Position numbers and translations under genes: made by a program
The notes under the pieces: model-generated
Database searches by the model: none
Seen by the model: only the letters and a program-made list of their open reading frames with translations
What the model was told of the DNA's origin: nothing
From: Thermodesulfobacteriota bacterium
Lineage (GTDB): Bacteria; Desulfobacterota; Desulfobulbia; Desulfobulbales; SURF-16
Direction: 5' to 3'
Length of the DNA: 64,000 nucleotides
Assembly: GCA_039715015.1 (NCBI GenBank)
Contig: JBDLIE010000005.1
Location: 44,460-108,459 of the forward strand
Shown: in pieces, positions 18,986 through 28,525 of the stretch
How the letters are laid out: each line of letters begins with the position of its first letter
Position numbering within the stretch: position 1 is the stretch's first letter

Positions 18986-19008
18986 GCGGGCTGTGAACAG
19001 GCCGCTTA
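18983..19008 (+). promoter_or_regulatory. Intercistronic hairpin between torD and psrA (possible RNA stability or attenuation element)
   Basis: TAAGCGG-gCTGTgaACAGg-CCGCTTA stem-loop. Confidence 0.4.
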
Positions 19009-19085
19009 ATATATGAGTCTACAAAGCATATTTTTTTTGAAGCTTACTGTTTCAAATAATTAAAACCTGAGGGAGGTAAGAGAAT

Positions 19086-21290
19086 ATGGCTTTCAACTTA
19101 ACAAGACGTAAATTCCTGCAAACGGCTTCGCTTGCAGCGGCTTCTGTGCCGTTGGCAAATGTTGTCGCTGCAGAGGCCGGCGTTGCCAAGTCGCCATTTA
19201 CACCGTCTGGTACCATTGCAGATAAAACTGCTGTTGGCGGTATCTGTGAGATGTGTTTTTGGCGCTGTCAGCTTGTCGGTAAGGTTCGTGACAACAAGCT
19301 CATGAAGCTTGAGGGTAACCCCAAGTCGATTGACAACGGCAAGGCGATTTGTGCCCGCGGTAATGCCGGTGTCCAGCTTCTTTATGATAAGGATCGTCTC
19401 AAGTACCCCATGAAAAATGTCGGTAAGCGTGGTGCTCCTAAGTGGAAGAGAATCTCCTGGGACGAAGCCCTTGATACCTGTGCCAAGAAGCTGAAAGCCA
19501 CTGAGAAGAAGTTTGGCGCCAAGGGTATCTGTATGTTTCCCCATGGTGCTTCAGCCAAATATCCCATGCATTATTTTGAGAAGACAGTTGGTACTCACAA
19601 TGTAAGTGAGGCCTCTTTCTTCCAGTGCCGTGGTATCCGTGACACTGCCTTTGTTAATACCATCGGAACCCCTCCAGGTGAGAATGTTGATATGGCAAAC
19701 GCCAAGGTTATCTTTGCCCTTGGTGGCCATTTTGGCGAGAACGTTCATGTCTCCCATGTGAAGCGTTACCTGAAAGGCCTGGAGAATGGTGCCAAGCTGG
19801 TTATCGTTGATCCCCGTTTTTCCGCCTCTGCCGCCAAGGCTGATGAGTGGGTACCTGTTAAGCCTGGTACTGATACCGCTCTTATGCTCGGTATGATGAA
19901 CTACATCATCAAAAAAGGTAAGCACAACAAGGCATTCATTGAGAAGCACGGAAGCGGTTTTGACGAGTTCAAAGAGGCTATTTCCGGCTGGTCCATTAAG
20001 AAGACCGCTAAGACCTGTGACGTTCCTGCTGATCAGATCAAACGCGTTGCTAATCTTTTGGCTGACAATGCTCCTAATGTATCAATCCATCCCGGCCGTC
20101 ACGTAAGTTGGCATGGTAATGACTTCCAGCGTCAGCGCTCTCTTGGCTGTATGATGGGTCTGCTTGGCGCCATGGGGGTCAAGGGCGGATTTGTTAAGGG
20201 TAAAGGCCCTAAAGGTGTCGGCAAGGTGAGCTGGCCTAAAGGTGACCATCATGAAGAGGCCCTTCATGTCGCCGCAGATGTCCATCATTTCGCGCCTCCA
20301 GGAACACCCACTGATCTGATTCGTGATGCGGCAATTACCGGTAATCCCTATCCGATCAAGTCCTGCGTTATCTGGGGCCAGAACCCTATGCAGACTATTC
20401 CGAACCAGAAAAAGACCATCGATATGCTTAAGCAGATGGATTTTGTAATGTGTGTTGATGTTATGCCCACCGACATCACCATGTATGCTGATATCCTCCT
20501 GCCCGAGGGTTCGTATCTGGAACGTTACGACTATATCAAGAAGGGTACTCAGTGGAACCTCTCCGGCAAACAGGAGCAGTATATCTCTGCTCGTATGCCA
20601 ATGGTGAAGGCTGATTTCGAACGTAAGGACCAGGTCTACATCACCAACGAAATAGCTGAACGTATGGGTTATGGTGATAAGATTCCTGTTAAGACTCTTC
20701 CCGAGATGGTTGATAAGCAGCTTGCCGGTGCCGGTCTTTCTATCAAGAAACTAGTTGCTGAAAATGGTATCCATGTCCAGCCAGGTAAAGATCCCTATGG
20801 TGTTTCCGAGGACCTGGAAGTCATCTTCAATAATGAAGAGATTGGCGAGCTCGGTTATCCGTCCTCACCGACCTATATTCCTGTTGAAGAGGTGCCATCC
20901 GGTCATTTTCGTCTGCTTTACGGTCGTTCACCTGTGCATACCTTTAACCGCAGTCAGAACAATGTTTGGCTCCATAACGCCATGCCTGAAAATCCTGTAT
21001 GGCTTAATGATGCAATGGCTGAAAAACTTGGTCTTAAAGATGGTGACCGGGTATATTGTGTTAACAGCGAAGGCGTGAAGTCTCGCACCACTACATCTGT
21101 CAAGGTCACCCCAGGTATCCGCAAAGACTGCGTATACATGGCCCATGGCTATGGTTCCATGAACCCTGCTTTGAGCGTTGGTGTGGGCGCTGGTATTGAT
21201 GATCAGTCTCTGATCACCAAGCTGGCTGTGGATCCAGAAACAGGTTGTCACGGTATGCGTAATAACTTTGTTAAACTGGTTAAAGCGTAA
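19086..21290 (+). CDS. Tat-exported Mo/W-bisPGD oxidoreductase, PsrA/PhsA (polysulfide/thiosulfate reductase) family
   Basis: TRRKFL Tat motif; FS0 CEMCFWRC...CARG; probable Cys ligand in SFFQCRG; PGTDTAL, ADILLPEGSYLER, YGRSPVHT. Confidence 0.88.
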   Translation: MAFNLTRRKFLQTASLAAASVPLANVVAAEAGVAKSPFTPSGTIADKTAVGGICEMCFWRCQLVGKVRDNKLMKLEGNPKSIDNGKAICARGNAGVQLLYDKDRLKYPMKNVGKRGAPKWKRISWDEALDTCAKKLKATEKKFGAKGICMFPHGASAKYPMHYFEKTVGTHNVSEASFFQCRGIRDTAFVNTIGTPPGENVDMANAKVIFALGGHFGENVHVSHVKRYLKGLENGAKLVIVDPRFSASAAKADEWVPVKPGTDTALMLGMMNYIIKKGKHNKAFIEKHGSGFDEFKEAISGWSIKKTAKTCDVPADQIKRVANLLADNAPNVSIHPGRHVSWHGNDFQRQRSLGCMMGLLGAMGVKGGFVKGKGPKGVGKVSWPKGDHHEEALHVAADVHHFAPPGTPTDLIRDAAITGNPYPIKSCVIWGQNPMQTIPNQKKTIDMLKQMDFVMCVDVMPTDITMYADILLPEGSYLERYDYIKKGTQWNLSGKQEQYISARMPMVKADFERKDQVYITNEIAERMGYGDKIPVKTLPEMVDKQLAGAGLSIKKLVAENGIHVQPGKDPYGVSEDLEVIFNNEEIGELGYPSSPTYIPVEEVPSGHFRLLYGRSPVHTFNRSQNNVWLHNAMPENPVWLNDAMAEKLGLKDGDRVYCVNSEGVKSRTTTSVKVTPGIRKDCVYMAHGYGSMNPALSVGVGAGIDDQSLITKLAVDPETGCHGMRNNFVKLVKA

Positions 21291-21336
21291 GACTTTATAA
21301 GCCTACGAGATACTCTATTAAGGAGGATTTACCGTT

Positions 21337-22137
21337 ATGCAATACGGAATGGTTATAGATTTAAATAAGTGTGTTGGCTGTCACGCCTGCACCATCGCCT
21401 GTAAAGCCGAGTGGGAAGTGCCGGCAGATAAGGGCAGAAACTGGGTTCATCGTCTGGGCCCTGCCAATACTCCCCATGGCCTGGCTTCCACTTACTATCC
21501 AGGTCTATGCAACCACTGCAATGAGCCTGCCTGTGTTCCTGTCTGCCCTGCTGACACCGTTCAGAAGACCTTCAAGGACAAGAAAACCGGCAAGACCAAG
21601 AGCATGGAAGTGGCTGCAACATATAAAGATCCCTTTAACGGTACTGTTCAGATCGATAAGGAACGTTGCCTGGGTTGTGGTGCTTGTGCTGATGCCTGTC
21701 CTTACAGCGCTCGTTATGTGAACGAGAACCAGATCAACGAGGAAATTGGCAGTGAAGGTACGGCTGACAAGTGCACTTACTGCATGCCCCGGGTAGAGAA
21801 GGGCCTTGAACCTGCCTGTGTTCAGACCTGTCTGGCTGGCGCTCGCATCTTTGGCGACCTGGATGATCCTAACTCTGCGCCTTCCAAGTACAAGAAGGAT
21901 GGGGCCAAGAGTCTGTCGTCCGCCAAGGTCAATATTGGCTCTAACGGTCTCTATTACGGCAACAAACGTGATATGGCACTGCTAACCTCCATGTCAACTC
22001 CCCAGGAGATGCCGGAGGCCAATATGCGCCGTATCCTGATGGCTAAAATGAAGCCTGGCTTCAATAAGGCCAAAAAACTTGGCATGCTGGGCCTTGTTGG
22101 CGCAGTAGCTATGAAAGGAATGAGCGAAGAAGAGTAG
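21337..22137 (+). CDS. Four-[4Fe-4S] electron-transfer subunit (PsrB/NrfC/TtrB family)
   Basis: CVGCHACTIAC, CNHCNEPACVPVC, CLGCGACADACP, CTYC...CVQTC; short hydrophobic C-terminal tail. Confidence 0.9.
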   Translation: MQYGMVIDLNKCVGCHACTIACKAEWEVPADKGRNWVHRLGPANTPHGLASTYYPGLCNHCNEPACVPVCPADTVQKTFKDKKTGKTKSMEVAATYKDPFNGTVQIDKERCLGCGACADACPYSARYVNENQINEEIGSEGTADKCTYCMPRVEKGLEPACVQTCLAGARIFGDLDDPNSAPSKYKKDGAKSLSSAKVNIGSNGLYYGNKRDMALLTSMSTPQEMPEANMRRILMAKMKPGFNKAKKLGMLGLVGAVAMKGMSEEE

Positions 22138-22161
22138 ACTCTTTAGATCTTTAGGCCTTGT

Positions 22162-22202
22162 AAGGCGTCCCCGGGGAATTTTTCCGGGGACGCCTTTTTT
22201 TA
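22162..22202 (+). terminator. Rho-independent terminator after psrB
   Basis: AGGCGTCCCCGG...CCGGGGACGCCT followed by a T run. Confidence 0.9.
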
Positions 22203-22438
22203 TGTCAGAAATGGTGAGCGAAAAACTAAGGGGCCTCGATATGCAGGGTCCCGCTGAGGGTAATGGGTAGAAACGCGAATATGAACATGTAGGAGTTAAA
22301 TAGCTATATATATGGCCATTCTCGTAAATGATGGAGGTTTGAGTGTCTCAAGAAATATGTCTGGACAACTTTCTGAGGATGATAGAGGCAGTTAACGTAC
22401 TGATTTGTAAATATTGAATTACTTTAAAGAAAGAGAGC

Positions 22439-23080
22439 TTAAGAGAGAATTGCTTTCTTAAGACTTTCTATACCTGCCCGTTCTACAAAACGAGCTGTTC
22501 TTTCCCCCTTCTTGGCATTTTTTAGGTAATAATTAAGGCATTTCTCCACAACGGAAAACACCTCACTGTCGCTTAAGCCTTCAATAATTATATCCGCAAT
22601 GCGTGGTTTGGCGCCGGCATTACCACCAAAGACCAGGGTCCAGCCACTGAGATTAGCAAAAAGGCCAATGTCTTTAGTGAAACTGGCACAACAGTTTCTG
22701 GGACAGCTTGAGATCCCGATCTTGAGTTTTGCTGGTGATAAGAGGTTGTTGAAAAGGCTTTCAATGTCTGCTGTGAGAGCATCTAATGAAAAACAGGCAT
22801 GTTTGCAGCTGTTACGTTCCTGGCAGGCTATGACATAACCCGTAGTACCCCTGGCCCCCACGTGAAAATAACGATCAATATGGTCCTTGATTGACTCCCT
22901 ATCTTTTTCTTTGGCCCCACTAAAGGCAAGGCGTTTAGCCGAGGTAATCTTTATTCTTGGGACCTGGTATTTTTTGGCAATATGGATGATTTCTTCCATA
23001 TCGGCAAGAGACATCACTCCTGATGCTTTACCTGGGATAATGAGGGGGGATGATGGTTTTTTTTGGGATCCATTGGGCAT
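22439..23080 (-). CDS. Small nitrite/sulfite reductase 4Fe-4S domain protein
   Basis: KITSAKRL ferredoxin-like half; CQERNSC and SSCPRNC cluster motifs; KDIGL, GGNAG, ERTARFVER. Confidence 0.8.
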   Translation of the reverse strand: MPNGSQKKPSSPLIIPGKASGVMSLADMEEIIHIAKKYQVPRIKITSAKRLAFSGAKEKDRESIKDHIDRYFHVGARGTTGYVIACQERNSCKHACFSLDALTADIESLFNNLLSPAKLKIGISSCPRNCCASFTKDIGLFANLSGWTLVFGGNAGAKPRIADIIIEGLSDSEVFSVVEKCLNYYLKNAKKGERTARFVERAGIESLKKAILS

Positions 23081-23155
23081 TTGATACTCTTTTGGTTATA
23101 GATATGGCAAAGGTAACCAGTGCTTATCGTTTTAAGTAGGAAGAAACTGTAGCTT

Positions 23156-24985
23156 ATGTCGTCACAAAATATTTCTAAACATCCAGTGCTTACGAACGCC
23201 TTTCTCAAGGGAGTGGCGACCGGTCCGGGTGTTTATTTAATGAAGGATAGCAAAAAACGGGTCATCTATGTTGGTAAGGCGCGTAACCTTCGTAAGCGGC
23301 TTACCTCCTATGCCCGCCTGCAGGCCCAGGCACATAATAAGACCAAGGCCCTGGTCGCCAAAATAGCAGCAGTAGAGACAATCCTCACTGCCACTGAAAA
23401 AGAGGCTCTCATTCTTGAAGCCTCTCTCATAAAAAAAAATAAACCAAAATATAATGTCATTTTACGTGATGACAAGAACTATCCCTTTATAAAGGTCACA
23501 GTTCAGGACAAGTGGCCACGGCTCATGATGACCCGCAGGCGTCTTAAAGATAAGGCCCGTTATTTTGGGCCGTATTCATCTGTGTCGTCCATGTGGGCTG
23601 CCATAAAACTTTTGGGGAACCTTTTCCCTCTGCGGCGCTGTAAAGTAGTAAGGCCGAGGAAGAGGCCGTGTTTGAACGGTCAGATGGGTGCCTGCTTGGC
23701 GCCCTGTGTCCCAGGTTGTGACGAGCGTATGTATATGCAAGCGGTTGACAATGTCATCATGGTTCTTGAAGGAAAGAGCCAGGAACTGCTTAAGCGATTG
23801 CGTGAGAAGATGACGGTGGCTTCAGGTAATCTCGATTTTGAAGAGGCAGCGCTTTGTCGTGACCAGATTACATCCCTGGAAAAAACTCTGGAAAAGCAGG
23901 TGATGGTGGCCAGCAGCAGCCATGATATTGATGTTTTCGGAGTCCAGAGACAGGCCGGCTCAATGGCGATATCAGTTATCACAGTGCGGAGCGGCAAGGT
24001 GGAGGGGCACCAATCATTTTTTATTGCCGAACCGGTTGGTGATGATCATGACGTCCTCGCTGAGGCCCTTCGGCGATTTTATAGTGATGATATCTATATC
24101 CCCAAATTGGTTTTGCTCCCGTGGTCTACAGGGGAAGAGGCGTTTTTTGAGGAGTACCTTACTGATCAGAAAAGTGGCAAGGTTACCATGCGCATTCCAC
24201 AAAAGGGCGATTTGCGTCGTCTTGTAGCCATGGCAAATGAAAATGCCGCCCAGGTTTTTAGTGATAGGGATAAACAGGAAAAGTCGTGGCAGGTTATGGC
24301 TCGTCAGCTCAAAGAAACTCTTAACCTCTCAAGGTTACCCCGCCGGATTGAATGTTTGGATATTTCCAACACAAGCGGCAAGGAGGCTGTGGGCTCCCTC
24401 GTCTGTTTTGTGGATGGGGAGAAGGCTGCAACTCATTATCGTCATTATAAGATTAGGAGTGTTGCAGGGCCCGATGATTACGCAATGATGGCCGAAGTTC
24501 TTTGCCGTCGTTTTGCCCCTGAGAAGGGTCCTGAATTGCCCGATCTGTTTATTGTTGATGGCGGTAAAGGGCAGCTGAATATCGGGGTGAAAATTTTCAA
24601 AGATCTGGCTATTTTTAACGAAGTTGATCTTCTGGGCATTGCCAAGGAGCGGCAAGGGGAAGGGGAAAAACTCTTTCGGCCCGGCAGAAAAAATCCATAT
24701 CAGCTGGCCCGTCACTCCCAGCTTCTTCTTTTTGTTATGCGTATTCGTGATGAATCGCATCGCTATGGTGTTACCTTTCACCGAAAGTTGCGGAAGAAAA
24801 GAACCCTTACATCCGAGCTCGATCATGTCGTGGGAATTGGGCCTGCCAGGCGGAAGAGATTGCTTAGTCATTTCGGCAGCGTTGCAGGGGTTAAAAAGGC
24901 CTCTCTTGAAGAGCTTGCATCCGTTGATACCGTCGGCAAAGAGCTTGCGCAAACCATCTTTCACGCCTTGCACCGTCAAGGTTAA
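23156..24985 (+). CDS. uvrC: Excinuclease ABC subunit C
   Basis: GIY-YIG PGVYLM..VIYVGKARNLRKR; RIECLDISN; VDGGKGQL; IRDESHR; HhH GIGPARR. Confidence 0.97.
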   Translation: MSSQNISKHPVLTNAFLKGVATGPGVYLMKDSKKRVIYVGKARNLRKRLTSYARLQAQAHNKTKALVAKIAAVETILTATEKEALILEASLIKKNKPKYNVILRDDKNYPFIKVTVQDKWPRLMMTRRRLKDKARYFGPYSSVSSMWAAIKLLGNLFPLRRCKVVRPRKRPCLNGQMGACLAPCVPGCDERMYMQAVDNVIMVLEGKSQELLKRLREKMTVASGNLDFEEAALCRDQITSLEKTLEKQVMVASSSHDIDVFGVQRQAGSMAISVITVRSGKVEGHQSFFIAEPVGDDHDVLAEALRRFYSDDIYIPKLVLLPWSTGEEAFFEEYLTDQKSGKVTMRIPQKGDLRRLVAMANENAAQVFSDRDKQEKSWQVMARQLKETLNLSRLPRRIECLDISNTSGKEAVGSLVCFVDGEKAATHYRHYKIRSVAGPDDYAMMAEVLCRRFAPEKGPELPDLFIVDGGKGQLNIGVKIFKDLAIFNEVDLLGIAKERQGEGEKLFRPGRKNPYQLARHSQLLLFVMRIRDESHRYGVTFHRKLRKKRTLTSELDHVVGIGPARRKRLLSHFGSVAGVKKASLEELASVDTVGKELAQTIFHALHRQG

Positions 24986-25007
24986 GGCAAGATATGACAA
25001 ACAATAA

Positions 25008-25036
25008 TTGACAGCCCGGAGAACCGTTGTTAGAAG
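25008..25036 (+). promoter_or_regulatory. Putative sigma70 promoter for nifUS
   Basis: TTGACA, 17 bp spacer ending in TGn, then TAGAAG. Confidence 0.45.
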
Positions 25037-25157
25037 TCTAATCTGCTAGAATTTTTTATGATATTACTCTTTTCATGCCCTATGGCTGAAATGTCAAATG
25101 ACAGGGGGCTCACCGTTCTAAGCAGCTCCTCTGTTGTATAATGGAGATTTTATAATC

Positions 25158-25994
25158 ATGTGGGAATATACGGATAAGGTTAAGGACCATTTTCTTAACC
25201 CAAGAAATGTCGGAGAAATAGAAGATGCCGACGGGGTAGGGGATGTTGGGTCCCTGTCCTGCGGTGATGCTTTGAAGTTTACCTTCAAGTTGGGCGATGA
25301 TGGCCGGATTGTTGATGCAAAATTTAAGACATTTGGCTGTGCAAGTGCCATTGCATCGTCTTCAGCCCTGACCTTGATGGTTATTGGCCTCACCCTGGCA
25401 GAGGCCGAAAAAATTACCAATGAGGACCTCGCTGATTTCTTGGGTGGTTTACCTAAAGAGAAGATGCACTGCTCGGTGATGGGGCGTGAAGCCCTGGAAG
25501 CAGCTATTGCTAACTATCGCGGTGTTGAGTTGCCGCAGGCTGAAGGTGAGGTGGTTTGTGAGTGTTTTGGCGTTACCGATGTTGAAATACGCCGGGCCAT
25601 TGAAGAAAGTGATCTAAAAACGCTTGAAGAGGTTACAAATTTCACCAAGGCCGGCGGTGGTTGCGGCAAGTGTGAAGATCGTATCCAGGAGTTGATAGAT
25701 GAGGTCCGTAAGAACGCTCCAAAAACTATCCCCATGTCAGGTGCTAAACGCTTGACCACAGTCCAGAAAATCAAGATGATCGAGGATGTTTTTGAGCGTG
25801 AAGTCAGGCCCAATCTGAAAAAAGATGGTGGAGACATTGAGCTCGTCGATGTTGATGGCGATTATGTTATAGTATCTTTGCGCGGAGCCTGTGTCAGCTG
25901 CGCAAAATCCCAGACCACCCTGAAAGAGTATGTTGAAAAGAAGCTACGGGAAGAGGTCCTTGAGACCCTGATTGTTGAGGAGAGCAAAGGATGA
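25158..25994 (+). CDS. nifU: Fe-S cluster scaffold NifU
   Basis: MWEYTDKVKDHF; SCGD, TFGCASA, KMHCS; CECFG...GGGCGKC; C-terminal Nfu GACVSC. Confidence 0.95.
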   Translation: MWEYTDKVKDHFLNPRNVGEIEDADGVGDVGSLSCGDALKFTFKLGDDGRIVDAKFKTFGCASAIASSSALTLMVIGLTLAEAEKITNEDLADFLGGLPKEKMHCSVMGREALEAAIANYRGVELPQAEGEVVCECFGVTDVEIRRAIEESDLKTLEEVTNFTKAGGGCGKCEDRIQELIDEVRKNAPKTIPMSGAKRLTTVQKIKMIEDVFEREVRPNLKKDGGDIELVDVDGDYVIVSLRGACVSCAKSQTTLKEYVEKKLREEVLETLIVEESKG

Positions 25995-27217
25995 GCGAGC
26001 CTAAAACCATATATATGGACAACAACGCAACAACTCGTGTTGCCCCTGAAGTTCTTGAGATCATGTTGCCATATTTCAGCGATCTCTATGGCAATCCCTC
26101 TTCAATGCATAGTTTCGGAGATCAAGTCGGTGGTGCGGTGAAGAAGGCCAGGCAGCAGATTGCCGATCTGCTTGGTGCTCATCCTGATGAGATTATTTTC
26201 ACCAGTTGCGGCACAGAGAGTGATTCCACGGCTATTTTCTCGGCACTGCAGACTTCGGTTGAGAAGCGTCATATCGTCACCACCCGTGTCGAACATCCGG
26301 CTGTGAAAAATCTATGTGAGAACCTTGATCGCCTCACCGGCCATAAGCATCGTGTTACCCAGCTTCCTGTTGAAAGTGATGGCACCATAGACCTGAAACG
26401 CTATGAGAATGCCTTGTCCGACGACACAGCCATTGTCAGTGTCATGTGGGCTAATAACGAAACCGGAGTCATTTTTCCCATTGATGAAATGGCCAGGATT
26501 GCCAAAAGTCGTGGTATTCTCTTCCATACTGACGCGGTTCAGGCGGTGGGTAAGATACCTATAAATCTTGCTGAAACGCCGGTTGATTTTCTTTCCCTGT
26601 CTGGTCATAAGCTCCACGCTCCCAAGGGAGTTGGGGTTCTTTATGTCCGTAAACGTACTCCTTATATGCCTTTTCTCATGGGTGGCCACCAGGAACATGG
26701 TCGCCGGGGCGGTACAGAGAATGTTGCGTCTATTATTGGTCTTGGCAAGGCCTGTGAACTTGCCGGTAAAAATATGCAGCGGGAAAATACCACGGTTCGT
26801 GTTCTGCGTGATAAGCTTGAAAACGGCTTAATGAACTCCATACCAAATACCATTCTTAATGGTCATAAAGAAGATCGGCTCCCAAACACCACTAATGTCA
26901 GCTTTGAATATGTGGAAGGAGAGGCCATCTTACTGCATCTGGATCGATTCGGCATTTGTGCCTCTTCGGGCTCAGCCTGTACTTCCGGCTCTTTAGAGCC
27001 ATCCCATGTTTTGCGTGCCATGGGTGTGCCTTTTACAGCTGCTCACGGCTCCATTCGTTTCAGTCTAAGTGTCTATAATACAGAGGACGAGGTTGATTAT
27101 ATTTTAGAGCAATTACCGCCCATCATCGCTAATCTTCGTGAGATGTCTCCTTTCTGGAAAGATCGTGATAAGATAGCCGGCGGTGGCTCCTGTAGCAGTT
27201 GCGGATGTGGTAAATAA
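25991..27217 (+). CDS. nifS: Cysteine desulfurase NifS
   Basis: YMDNNATT, HTDAVQ, SGHKLHAPKG, SSGSACTS. Confidence 0.95.
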   Translation: MSEPKTIYMDNNATTRVAPEVLEIMLPYFSDLYGNPSSMHSFGDQVGGAVKKARQQIADLLGAHPDEIIFTSCGTESDSTAIFSALQTSVEKRHIVTTRVEHPAVKNLCENLDRLTGHKHRVTQLPVESDGTIDLKRYENALSDDTAIVSVMWANNETGVIFPIDEMARIAKSRGILFHTDAVQAVGKIPINLAETPVDFLSLSGHKLHAPKGVGVLYVRKRTPYMPFLMGGHQEHGRRGGTENVASIIGLGKACELAGKNMQRENTTVRVLRDKLENGLMNSIPNTILNGHKEDRLPNTTNVSFEYVEGEAILLHLDRFGICASSGSACTSGSLEPSHVLRAMGVPFTAAHGSIRFSLSVYNTEDEVDYILEQLPPIIANLREMSPFWKDRDKIAGGGSCSSCGCGK

Positions 27218-27295
27218 GTAAGTAGTCAAGCCCTGAGAGTTTGTTTTTCCATCGGGCTTGATAATTCCTTTTAACCTAAGACTTCCTGAGAAAAT

Positions 27296-28249
27296 ATGAT
27301 TGTCATCCCACCATCCTATGAGATCCTGAACGATCTTGATCAGCAGAGCCTCCCTATTCGTATCGAGGTTTGTGGTCGCCTTTGCTACAAAAGTGAAGAT
27401 AAGATTACTGATGAGTCAGCCCCGGCTTTTATTAGAAATATCTTAAAGCATGGCCATAATTCTGTGGCGGAAATGGCAGTTGTCACCTTGGAAGTAATAG
27501 TAGAGAAAGAATCGCTTGCCAGCCAGCTTTTTAAAGCACAGCCCAAATTCTTGAATGTTGACTTGTTGGAGAAAAACATTCTCCTTATCACAGCATCTGT
27601 GCGGGCATTTCGTGAGCTGTATCTTGACCACGGTAATATTAAAATAGTCAAAGCCATCACAGCCTTTCTTCTGAAAAGGCATCCCCTCTTTTTTGAGGAT
27701 ATAACCCCTGAGCGTGGAATTGTGCCTCAGAGCGGGGTTATGGTTAAGAAACTCTACCTCTCGGAGGTGGAGAATCTTCCTGTTAATATCTTTGCCCGTC
27801 ATCGTTATCTTGCCGTTAAATTTACGGTTAATCGGGCTGTAACCCATGAGATGGTGCGCCACCGTCCATGTAGTTTCCTGCAGGAGAGCCAGCGCTATTG
27901 CCGTTATGGCACAGATAAGTTTGGCAACCAGGTCACCTTTGTGAAACCTCTTTTTTATGATGACCAGGAGAGCGAAGAGTACAAGCTGTGGGCCCAGGCC
28001 ATGGAGGATACCGAGAAAATCTATCTCAAACTTCTGGAAACATCCACCCCCCAAGCTGCTCGGACAGTTCTTCCTAATTCCTGCAAAACCGAGTTGATTG
28101 TCTATGCCAACCTTATCCAGTGGGTTCATATGTTTAAGCTGCGTGTTGCTAAGGGCGCTGATCCGTCAATGCGTGAGGTCATGATCCCCCTGTTGGCTGA
28201 TTTTGCTGAACAGTTTCCTGAGGTTTTTGGACCTCTGGTGCAGGAATAA
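27296..28249 (+). CDS. thyX: FAD-dependent thymidylate synthase (long form)
   Basis: GRLCYKSE, GHNSVAE, RAVTHEMVRHRPCSFLQESQRY, ARTVLP. Confidence 0.92.
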   Translation: MIVIPPSYEILNDLDQQSLPIRIEVCGRLCYKSEDKITDESAPAFIRNILKHGHNSVAEMAVVTLEVIVEKESLASQLFKAQPKFLNVDLLEKNILLITASVRAFRELYLDHGNIKIVKAITAFLLKRHPLFFEDITPERGIVPQSGVMVKKLYLSEVENLPVNIFARHRYLAVKFTVNRAVTHEMVRHRPCSFLQESQRYCRYGTDKFGNQVTFVKPLFYDDQESEEYKLWAQAMEDTEKIYLKLLETSTPQAARTVLPNSCKTELIVYANLIQWVHMFKLRVAKGADPSMREVMIPLLADFAEQFPEVFGPLVQE

Positions 28250-28289
28250 AATAATTCAGCATTTTTTCTGTTAAGGGGAATGGTCCCTG

Positions 28290-28329
28290 AAAAGCTCCTC
28301 CATTCATCTAGTTGGCGGGAGCTTTTTTT
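28290..28329 (+). terminator. Probable terminator after thyX
   Basis: AAAAGCTCC...GGAGCTTTT followed by a T tract; imperfect stem. Confidence 0.55.
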
Positions 28330-28525
28330 GCGTGTGGCAAAATAAGTAGTTCTGCGGATTGCCTTTTGCGGAAAACTAGGGTAATCACACTAGGCTTTTT
28401 TTGAATTATACCGCTGTTTACTTACAACGTTAATTTGAGTGGTTATTTTTTTTAACCGCTTATTTTTTTAAGCTAATGACGAGTCAGAAATTCTCGTCTT
28501 AGTGAAACTTTATATGGAGGGAAAA

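Noticed and set aside
25158..27217. nifU/nifS as evidence for nitrogen fixation
   Set aside because: No nifHDK nearby; NIF-type Fe-S assembly serves as a housekeeping system in many anaerobes.
28250..28525. ZTP or THF riboswitch upstream of fhs
   Set aside because: I could not find the consensus elements; only a terminator-like hairpin and AT-rich promoter DNA.
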